Shown here piece after piece: positions 1 to 8,700 of a stretch of DNA of 64,000 nt. Source of the stretch: an uncultured Clostridia bacterium (lineage in GTDB: Bacteria; Bacillota; Clostridia; TANB77; CAG-508); assembly GCA_910589185.1 (NCBI GenBank), contig CAJUSU010000001.1:1191-65190 (forward strand). The letters run 5' to 3'. Every line of letters starts with the position of its first letter. Within the stretch, counting starts at the first letter, position 1. A program made the translations under genes and the position numbers. The notes beneath the pieces are model-generated. The model searched no databases. It saw only the letters and a list, made by a program, of their open reading frames with translations, and was not told where the DNA came from.

Positions 1-2091
1 CTTACGAAGGAAATGACAAGTGGATTTGATAGTAGTAAAGAATACTTAAACAATTCTTTAACGATTACTGTAACTTATACAGAAAATAATGTAACTCCTG
101 CCCCAACAACGAGTTACAAAGCAACTGTAACAGATACAGTAGCAAGTATCAAAATCACAACATTCCCAAAACAAGATTACAAATACAATGAACCACTAGA
201 TGCAACAGCAGGAAAATTAGAAATCACAAGGTCAAGTGGACAAAAGGCAACAGTAAATATGACAAATGCTATGATAACTTCTACCTTTGATCCACAGAAT
301 ATAGCAGAACAAACCTTAACCGTTACTTATGGAGGACAAACCACAACCTATAAAGTTACAGTTCGAGATTACGTAACAGGAATTACGGTAAATCCAAATA
401 CCTTAACAGGAACTTATAACACAAGCTTAGCAGACCTAATTCAAAACGTAAAATATGAAGTAACATACAAAGCAGCAGGACCACAGGGAGAACAAAACTT
501 AACAACAGGAATGGTAAGTGGATATACTCCAACAAGTATTCAAACACAAAACTTAACAGTAACTTATACAGATACAGACACAAATAGCGGAAGTAAAGAT
601 GAAAACTTCACAGCAAACTTAACTGTAACACTATCCAATGGTGTAACAGGAGCAAGAATTACAAAACCAACAAACGCAAAATACAATCACGGAGCAAGCT
701 TAGATACAGGTACACTTACTTTAATCAATGCAGACGGAAGCGAAACAACAGGAAATTGGGCAGATGTTACAATTACTGAAGCAGACGGAAGCAGCGTCAA
801 TATGAACCCAACAGAAGACGAATATAAAGCAAGTAACCATAAGATAAGCAAAACATTGAAATTAAACTATAGCAAAGATGGAATTACAGCAGATGAGGTC
901 GAATACCCAATCGAAATCATCAATGACATTAAATCAATTGCTATGTATACCTACCCTAAACAAACTTATAGTGTAAATGACAGCATTGATGTTACAGGAG
1001 GAGAAATCATGGTAACAAGAGCGGTTGGAACAGAAGCAATCGCACTTACAGAAAGTATGACAAGTGGATTTGACTCAAGTCAAGAATACCCAGACAATTC
1101 ATTAGTAATTACCGTAACTTATACAGAAAACAATGTAACTCCTGCCCCAACAACGAGTTATACTGCAACTGTAACAGATACAGTATCAAAAATTACAATG
1201 GGTAATACACCAAAAACAAATTACAAGTACAATGAACCACTAGATACAACAGGAGGAACCTTAACAATTACAAGATCAAGTGGAGAAACAGCAACAGTAG
1301 ATATTACAGAAGCTATGGTAAGTGGATATGATCCACAAAATATAGCAGAGCAAACCTTAACCGTTACTTATGGAGGACAAACAACAGAATATAAAGTTAC
1401 AGTTAAAGACTATGTAACAGGAATTACAGTAACACCAACAGAAGTAGATGGAACTTACAATCAAGAATTAGCAGATTTAATCATAAATAAAAACATTATG
1501 TATACAGTTACTTATGCAAAAGCAGGAGCAAAAGACCCAGTTGCACCTACTGAAGGCATGGTAACAGGATACAATAAAACAGACTTAGGTGATAGGAATA
1601 TCACAATCACTTATACAGACACAGATGCCGATAGTGCCACAAATGGAGACACATTCCCAGCAACTGTAAAAGTAAAAACACCAAATGCAATTTCAGGAGC
1701 AGTCATTACTGCACCTAGCAAAACAACATACAATGACAGTGAAAACTTAGCAGAAGGAACGATTACTCTAACTTATGCAAACGGAGATACTATTTCAGGA
1801 AATTGGTCAGATGTAACCATCACAAATAGTGATGGAACCCCATACACTATGACCGCAACTGAAGATGAGTATAAAGCAAGTAACCATAAGATAAGTAAAA
1901 CTTTAAAACTAAACTATACAAAAGATGGTGTAACAGCAGCAGAAGTTGAATACAGCATTGACATCATCAATAATGTAAAATCAATTAGTATGTATCAAGA
2001 GCCAAAAACAGAGTACAACATAGGAGATACAATAGAAGTTATAGGCGGAGAAGTATTAATTACAAGAGCTGTTGGAAATGAAACCATAGCA
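1..2091 (+). repeat. In-frame tandem super-repeat inside the surface-protein gene. Two units of 1044 and 1047 nt each encode 4 Ig-like domains.
   Basis: The string cttac(g/a)..atgacaag(t/c)ggatttga recurs at nt 1, 1045 and 2092. Long identical runs are shared between units, e.g. gtaacttatacagaaaa.aatgtaactcctgccccaacaacgagtta and the TEDEYKASNHKISKTLKLNY-coding block. A third unit starting at 2092 diverges quickly. Confidence 0.85.
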
Positions 2092-4359
2092 CTTACAGAA
2101 AGTATGACAAGCGGATTTGACTCAACAGCAGAACATAAAGATTTAGCAATTCAAGTACAATACACAGAAAACGGAATTACACAAAACACAAGCTACAACA
2201 TTAATGTAAAAGATGATGTAAGTAGTGTAACCTTAAAAACAGATCCAAAAACTGATTATCTATATGGAGAACCATTTGATATCAGCGGAGGAGAATTAGA
2301 AGTCACAAGACCAAGTGGAAATGTAACCATTCCATTAACAACAGATATGATAACTTCTACCTTTGACCCACAACAATTAGGAGAACAAACCATAACCATT
2401 GAATATGGTGGATTTACACTAGATTACAAAGTCAATGTAAAAGATTATCAAACAGGAATTGTTCTTACACCACCAACAAAAACAGAATACGAGTATGGAG
2501 AAGCTTTAGACTTAACAGGAGGTAGCGTACAAAAAGTAATGGCAAGTGGAGCAGCTACAACCCCAGTAGATTTAAGTGATACCACTCAAGTAACTTTAGG
2601 TACTTATGATCCAACTAAGGAAGGAGCACAAACCATTACCGTAGATTATGCAGGAGAACAAGCAAGTTTTGCCGTTACAGTAACTGATAATGTTCAGTCA
2701 ATTGCAATGGTAGACACTCCAAAACAAAAATACAAATATGGAGAACCACTAGATATTAGCGGAGGAACCATATTAGTAACCAGAACAAGTACAAGAACAG
2801 AAAACATTAACTTAGACCCTAGTATGGTAACAGGATTTAATCCTAACCAATTAGGAGAACAAACTTTAACGGTTACCTATAAAGGAGCAACAACAGATTA
2901 TACCGTAGAAGTTGAAGATTATGCAACAGACATTGAAATTACAAGACCAGATAAACAAATTTATAGCTTAGGTGAAGAATTAGACCTAACAGGTGCAACA
3001 GTTAAATTAGTAATGGCAAGTGGAACAACTACTACCCCAGTAGATATGACTGCTAGCATGATTACAGGATTTGACTCAAGCACAGAAGGTGCAAAACTAA
3101 TTACAGTAACCTATCAAGGATTTACAAAAACATTTAGTGTCAGTGTAATGGATAGTGTTAAGGGAATGATTTTAGTAACATTACCAAATAAATTAGATTA
3201 CTTATATGGAGAATCATTAGACTTAACAGGTGGAAGTATAGCGCTTATCAAAGAAAGTGGACAAACTTCACCAATACCAATGACAAAAGATATGGTATCA
3301 GGATATTCCCCAAATATCTTAGGTAACCAAACAATTACAGTAACTTATGAGGAATGTACACAAGAGTTTATCGTAAATGTAAAAGATTTTATTAGTAAAT
3401 TACAAGTAAAAGCACCAACAAAAACAAAATATGAATATGGAGAAGATTTAGACTTGACAGGTGGAACAGTAGGTATCTTAATGGCAAGTGGAAAATTAGT
3501 AGAAGAAACCCCATTAACAGCTTCTATGATATCTATATTCAATAATGAACAAGTTGGAAAACAAACCATAGCGGTTACATATCAAGGATTACAAGGAGAA
3601 TTCCAAGTAACAGTAGAAGATAAAGTAAAAGGTATCTCTATGAACGAATTACCAAATAAGGTAGAATACGAATATAGAGAAAAACTAGATGTAACTGGTG
3701 CAACAATTAATGTTGTAAGGTCAAGTGGAACTACTGTAGTGAAAGTGACAAACAAGATGGTATCAGGATTTAACCCTAGAAAATCCGGAAATCAAGTAGT
3801 TACAGTAACTTATGAAGGAATGAAAACACAATTTGTGGTAATGGTAAATGCACAAGAACAAACAACGCCAGTTATCCCAGTAAGACCAATAAGACCAGTT
3901 ACACCACAAGAACCAGAAAAACCAGTAGAAGAGCCAACACCAGAACCAACCCCAACTCCTATTCCAACACCAGAGCCAGAAAAGCCAACGGTAGTATTAG
4001 GAGAAAAGGACGAAAACAATGGCTTGGATAAGAAAACAGTAGCAGCTATCATTGGCGGATTAGGTATTTTATTACTACTTATCTTAGTTGTTATGAGACG
4101 TCGTAATGTTAAGATTTATGTAGAAGAAGATGGAGAATTCGTATTAGCTGGAACTGAAAAATTAACTAGAAACAATTTAACAATTAACATTGACCAATAT
4201 TTGGATGGAGAAACATACCATAGCAAAGTCATGATTTGCTTAAATGATTCTATTTCGGATAAATTAGATGAAGAAGAAATCGAAATTCAACATAGAGGAG
4301 AAATTGTTAAAGAAAAAATTAAATATCTAGGTGAACCAGTAGAAATCACCTTAGAATAG
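1..4359 (+). CDS. Large cell-surface protein, 5'-truncated by the window edge. It has about 16 tandem bacterial Ig-like (Big_3-like) domains, a Pro/Thr/Glu linker, a single C-terminal TM helix and a ~95-aa tail after the helix.
   Basis: The frame is open from nt 1: LTKEMTSGFD at nt 1-30 matches the internal repeat ALTESMTSGFD, so the ORF-track Met at 13 is internal. Repeats of ~87 aa end in '..G.QT(L/I)TVTY.G.T..Y.V.V.D'. A PT/E-rich linker is followed by the hydrophobic stretch TVAAIIGGLGILLLLILVVM plus RRRN, then ~95 more residues. No LPXTG was seen. Confidence 0.85.
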   Translation, partial: LTKEMTSGFDSSKEYLNNSLTITVTYTENNVTPAPTTSYKATVTDTVASIKITTFPKQDYKYNEPLDATAGKLEITRSSGQKATVNMTNAMITSTFDPQNIAEQTLTVTYGGQTTTYKVTVRDYVTGITVNPNTLTGTYNTSLADLIQNVKYEVTYKAAGPQGEQNLTTGMVSGYTPTSIQTQNLTVTYTDTDTNSGSKDENFTANLTVTLSNGVTGARITKPTNAKYNHGASLDTGTLTLINADGSETTGNWADVTITEADGSSVNMNPTEDEYKASNHKISKTLKLNYSKDGITADEVEYPIEIINDIKSIAMYTYPKQTYSVNDSIDVTGGEIMVTRAVGTEAIALTESMTSGFDSSQEYPDNSLVITVTYTENNVTPAPTTSYTATVTDTVSKITMGNTPKTNYKYNEPLDTTGGTLTITRSSGETATVDITEAMVSGYDPQNIAEQTLTVTYGGQTTEYKVTVKDYVTGITVTPTEVDGTYNQELADLIINKNIMYTVTYAKAGAKDPVAPTEGMVTGYNKTDLGDRNITITYTDTDADSATNGDTFPATVKVKTPNAISGAVITAPSKTTYNDSENLAEGTITLTYANGDTISGNWSDVTITNSDGTPYTMTATEDEYKASNHKISKTLKLNYTKDGVTAAEVEYSIDIINNVKSISMYQEPKTEYNIGDTIEVIGGEVLITRAVGNETIALTESMTSGFDSTAEHKDLAIQVQYTENGITQNTSYNINVKDDVSSVTLKTDPKTDYLYGEPFDISGGELEVTRPSGNVTIPLTTDMITSTFDPQQLGEQTITIEYGGFTLDYKVNVKDYQTGIVLTPPTKTEYEYGEALDLTGGSVQKVMASGAATTPVDLSDTTQVTLGTYDPTKEGAQTITVDYAGEQASFAVTVTDNVQSIAMVDTPKQKYKYGEPLDISGGTILVTRTSTRTENINLDPSMVTGFNPNQLGEQTLTVTYKGATTDYTVEVEDYATDIEITRPDKQIYSLGEELDLTGATVKLVMASGTTTTPVDMTASMITGFDSSTEGAKLITVTYQGFTKTFSVSVMDSVKGMILVTLPNKLDYLYGESLDLTGGSIALIKESGQTSPIPMTKDMVSGYSPNILGNQTITVTYEECTQEFIVNVKDFISKLQVKAPTKTKYEYGEDLDLTGGTVGILMASGKLVEETPLTASMISIFNNEQVGKQTIAVTYQGLQGEFQVTVEDKVKGISMNELPNKVEYEYREKLDVTGATINVVRSSGTTVVKVTNKMVSGFNPRKSGNQVVTVTYEGMKTQFVVMVNAQEQTTPVIPVRPIRPVTPQEPEKPVEEPTPEPTPTPIPTPEPEKPTVVLGEKDENNGLDKKTVAAIIGGLGILLLLILVVMRRRNVKIYVEEDGEFVLAGTEKLTRNNLTINIDQYLDGETYHSKVMICLNDSISDKLDEEEIEIQHRGEIVKEKIKYLGEPVEITLE

Positions 4360-4520
4360 CCTATAAAATGAGTTAACCCCATTAACTACATACAATATAG
4401 GAATAGAAGTAAAAAACGCTTAAAAGCGAAAATACGAGCTCGAAAATTGATACAAGGAAACGTAAATGAATTGTATAAGAAAAATGTAAGCTGTACAGTG
4501 AAAAGTAAATGAAAGCAAAG

Positions 4521-4570
4521 TTGTCAAGCGCGCATACAAAATTTCCAAGTCCCTGACCTAAGCGCGCAGG
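4521..4570 (-). repeat. Possible degenerate member of the GGGAC-core palindromic element family (read on the minus strand)
   Basis: A GC-rich island in an AT-rich 535-nt non-coding spacer. The minus strand reads TGCGCGCTTAGGTCAGGGACTTGGAAATTTTGTATGCGCGCTTGACA. GCGCGC/GCGCGC can pair around a loop containing GGGAC-TT-G..TTT, and the element ends in GACA like the other copies. The core matches only partially. Confidence 0.3.
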
Positions 4571-4894
4571 GCAGAGATAGAGGAAGTTTTGTAGACAACT
4601 TATGCTATATATATTAAATAAAAGTATTAGAATGTTTAGAGTATTCCAACAAACGGATAGTTGGAGCAACTAAAAATAAATTTTTAAAATAGAATAAAAA
4701 AGACACTGAAATTATAAAAACCTCACAAAAAGGTTTATTAGTCGTGTCACAAAAAACAAACTATTGAGAATAGTATATTTTTTGACTGCCATATTTGACA
4801 GTCTATTTGTCGTTGTCTTTTTTTGAAAAAGCATTTACATTTCTAAAACACAATGATAAAATAAAGAAAAACAAACCAAAGAGGAGTATGAATC

Positions 4895-5380
4895 ATGGGA
4901 AGAAGAAGAAAATCTAGAAGTTTAATCAGTACACAGAGCCTACTCATTATTTTATGCCTTTTGCTAATAGCAGTAGCAGTACATATGCTATTTTCAGAAG
5001 ATGACGAAAAAATTGTGGTAGGACAAGCTAAAGAGCAAACACAAGCACAGAATCAAGAGAAAGATCAAGTACAAAACAAGGCACAAACAGAAAATCAAAC
5101 AAAACCTACTACAAATAGCGAAATAAGTAAAAAAGACGAAGTAAAAGTAGTGCAAAGTGGAAATAGTGCAAACGAAATCAATGAGCAAGAAGCAAGAAAA
5201 CTAGCAGTTAAACAATTCAAAGAGTTAAATGAGAGATGGGTAAAAGAAAGAGATTTAGAAGTACTAGAATTTTCAAGAGCAAATGAATATTATTATTATA
5301 TATCATCAAAAGAGAACACAGTAGAAATCAAAAAAGATGGTGGAAAAATTACTAGAATTAATAGTGTGCCAGTACAATAA
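4895..5380 (+). CDS. Small N-terminally membrane-anchored protein with a Q/N/K-rich linker and a PepSY-like C-terminal domain (tentative)
   Basis: RBS AAGAGGAG lies 8 nt upstream of the ATG. The basic N-terminus MGRRRKSR is followed by the TM helix LLIILCLLLIAVAVHML. The C-terminal ~60 aa (EQEARKLAVKQFKEL...EYYYYISSKENTVEIKKDGGKITRIN) resembles the PepSY pattern. Confidence 0.7.
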   Translation: MGRRRKSRSLISTQSLLIILCLLLIAVAVHMLFSEDDEKIVVGQAKEQTQAQNQEKDQVQNKAQTENQTKPTTNSEISKKDEVKVVQSGNSANEINEQEARKLAVKQFKELNERWVKERDLEVLEFSRANEYYYYISSKENTVEIKKDGGKITRINSVPVQ

Positions 5381-5387
5381 ATGATTA

Positions 5388-5418
5388 GAGATATGCAATA
5401 TTAGCATATCTTTTTTTT
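5388..5418 (+). terminator. Rho-independent terminator after the 161-aa gene
   Basis: GAGATATGC-aatatta-GCATATCT followed by a T8 run. Confidence 0.7.
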
Positions 5419-5520
5419 ACCATAAAAAATCTCCATTAAAATCACAAACCTAGTATTCCCTAGCAAAACGCAAAATAGCCCCCTCATTTGTAACACAAAA
5501 GTAAATAAAATGTCAAAAAA

Positions 5521-5549
5521 AGTACTTTCTAAGAAGAAAGTGCTTTTTC
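5521..5549. terminator. Second hairpin with A-run and T-run flanks (bidirectional terminator-like) upstream of the giant gene
   Basis: aaaaaaAGTACTTTCTaagaAGAAAGTGCTttttt. Confidence 0.45.
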
Positions 5550-5597
5550 CGTATATTTATCTACTTATATTTATATGTAATATAGAATTTAGTAGTA

Positions 5598-5626
5598 TTG
5601 AAAAAATAAGCTAAAGAGAATATATA
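5598..5626 (+). promoter_or_regulatory. Candidate sigma-A promoter for the giant gene
   Basis: TTGAAA, a 17-nt spacer, then TATATA, about 55 nt upstream of ATG 5683. The -10 is weak. Confidence 0.3.
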
Positions 5627-5682
5627 TATTATATTATTAAAAACGGCTATGAATGTAACCGAGAAATTGTGAGGGAAAACAA

Positions 5683-5793
5683 ATGAAACTAAGCAAAAAA
5701 CTAAGGAAAAGACGAAACAAAAAACTATTAACACTCCTCGTTGGAGCAGTAGCAACCACAGGAATTGTAGCTGCAACACAGCTAACAGGCTTT
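5683..5793 (+). other. Signal peptide or N-terminal membrane anchor of the giant protein
   Basis: MKLSKKLRKRRNKKLLTLLVGAVATTGIVAATQLTGF has a strongly basic n-region followed by a hydrophobic h-region. I could not call a clear cleavage site by eye. Confidence 0.7.
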
Positions 5794-8700
5794 AAAACGC
5801 TAACAGAAAATTTATCCAGACTTGGAATGCAAAGAGAAAATAATGCATACCAACTTTTAAGCGATAGTAAAAATACTACCGCTAATTTGCCAACCCTCAC
5901 AAATTCGGCAAAAGAAAATATCACAGTAGCAGCAGGAAATAACTTCACAGCCGTGCTAAAAGCAGATGGCACTGTATGGACATGGGGTAACAACAACTGT
6001 GGCCAATTAGGTAATGGAGAAATTGAAAATGTCGCAACCTATGAACTAACACAAGTTATTGGAGTAGGTGGAGTTGGATACTTAGAAAATATTAAACAAA
6101 TCGCAGTAGGAACTAGCGAAGTATATGCATTAACCAGGGACGGAAAAGTAATTGCATGGGGAAGAAATAACTATGCACAACTTGGTAGAGGTGCCACAGG
6201 AAATTCAGGAACACCAGAATATGTGTTGACACAAGTAGACATAACAGACGAAGAAGGTAACGAAACAACACAAGATGTACCACTAGAAAATATCAAACAA
6301 ATCGCAGCAGGGGAGAGACACGCTTTAGCAATTGACAATAATGGAAATGTATGGGCATGGGGCTTAAACCATGTAGGACAATTAGGACTTAATGTCATAT
6401 CAACCACAGCTAGCAATGCAAATTACAAAAAAGCTTATGCAGTCAAAATGCAAAAAGAAGTAGAAGTGACAGATGATGAAGGGAACATAATAACACAAAC
6501 TGTAAACCTTGACAATGCAAAACAAGTATCAGCAGGAAATGATTTTTCTGTCATTCTAACCAATGACGGAAAAGTATATTGTACAGGAATTGGAACTTCA
6601 GGACAAATTGGAAATAATGCAGCAGTAAATGTCATGATACCAACACAAGTACAAGACTTAGAAGATGTTAAGAAAATAGATGCAGGTGGTTCACATACCC
6701 TTGCACTAAAGAATGATGGAACAGTATGGGCATGGGGACTTAATCGATATGGGCAATTAGGAATTAATACAGCAAGTACCACTAGCAGTAATGCCGCATA
6801 CAAAAGAATTTATCCAGTACAAGTATTAGAAGCAGCAGGAGTACCACTAGAAAATATTGCAGATATTAGTGCAGGTTTAGAAACTAGCTATGCTATCACA
6901 GAAGAAGGAGACCCTTTTGGTTGGGGACTAAACACCTCAGGACAAATAGGAGATAGCACAGCAACCAACAGACTAATTGCAACACCAATTAAAAAAGCAG
7001 CAGGAGAATACCTTACCGGAATTAAAATGCTATCTGTTGGGCAAAACACCAATAGCCACTACATGATAGACGAAAAAGGCGATATTTATGGAAGCGGACT
7101 ATCTACTTCTTACCAAATGCTAAGTGATAGAGTAACTATCACCAATATTGCCACTAGACTAGATGAAACCTATTTGAAATTAAGCCATAACCAAGCCTAC
7201 CTAGAAGTAGGAAACACCTTAGATTTACAACTAGGATATCATAATGGATTGAATGTACTAGACAGAAGATTAGTTCCGGGAAATGTAACTTTCAGAAGTT
7301 CTAATGAAGACATTGCCACAGTAAGTGCAAGCGGAACTATCACAGCAAAAGCAAAAGGTTATGTCACTATCATAGCAGAAGACACCACCAATGGATACAC
7401 AGCACAAAGTATCATCAATGTAGTAGCAAAAGGTGCTAACGCACTTCCACAAGTAGCCAGTGGAACTCTAGCTACTGTTTACTTAAAAGAAGACGGAACT
7501 GTTTGGACCTCAGGAGATGGTACAAATGGAATGCTAGGAAATGGTTACACTAAAATTATCAATAAACCAGTACAAGTAAAAATTGGAACAGATGAATATT
7601 TAACAGATATTAGAAAAATAGAAGTAGGAACAGAACACGTAGTGGCACTTAGAAAAGATGGTACAGTATGGGCATGGGGACTTGGAACCTCAGGACAATT
7701 AGGAGATGGAGCAAATGTTACACATCATTATGCCACTCAAGTAGTAGATGAAACAGGAGAAGACTATTTACAAAACATCGTAGATGTAGCAGCAGGAATA
7801 GACTATTGTTTAGCATTAAAACAAGATGGCACTGTTGTAGGTTGGGGAGTTGGAGCTAACCACTCACTAGGTGTCAATAGCACTGCTAATAGAGCAATGC
7901 CTATCAAAATGCACGATAGCTATAACATTATACAAGTACAAGGTGGTTCAGACACAAGTACAGTGCTAAAAGCAGATGGAACTGTACAAGCAGTTGGACT
8001 TGGAACCTCAGGACAATTAGGAGATAACACAGCTACAACAAAAGCAGAATTAGTATATGCCATCAATGAAGACTTAGATGGAAAACTAACCGGAGTTGTT
8101 AGAATTGCCACAGGTAGCCACCACACGATAGCATTAAAAGAGGATAAAACCGCATGGATATGGGGTTACGACAATTATGGACAAATTGGTATGAACAATA
8201 CCACCAACTATAAACACGCTATTCCACTTAAAAACGTAGGAAACACAGATATTATGCAAAACATCAAAGACATTGCAACAGGTCCAACAGCTACTTATGT
8301 ATTAGACACACAAGGAAATGTATATGCAGTAGGACTAAATACAACAGGGCAATTATCTATTGGAAATGCAACAACTGTCAAAGTATTTACAGTAGCCAAA
8401 GATGAAAATGGAGATCCATTAACAGGAGTTGCCACCATTTCTAGTTCTAAAAATACTACTTTTGGATTTGCATTTGAGGACGGAACTGTTGGTATAACAG
8501 GGCTTGGAACTAGTGGACAACATGGAAATTGGACTTTAGCCAATAGCAATAAAATGACAAGAATAGAAGGAGCAGTATTAGATGCAGGTAACATTTATGA
8601 AACTTATGTCAACAATACTGTCAAACTAAATGTTAACATAAAACCAGCATTTAACTTAAATATTGATTATGAAAAGAACTTACAACTAGGAGAATTAACT

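Noticed and set aside
3850-4110. LPXTG-type sortase substrates among the two giant surface proteins, given the sortase at 49874
   Set aside because: No LPXTG, SPKTG, NPQTN or similar motif precedes the C-terminal TM helix of the first protein. The giant protein ends in an M23 domain with no C-terminal TM segment. A functional link to the local sortase is therefore unsupported.
4382-4669. 95-aa minus-strand ORF in the 535-nt spacer, and the similar minus-strand ORFs 5561..5779 and 5637..5996
   Set aside because: The sequences are low-complexity L/F/I/Y/S-rich runs typical of AT-rich non-coding DNA. They have no RBS, and the latter two overlap the giant gene's promoter and start region.
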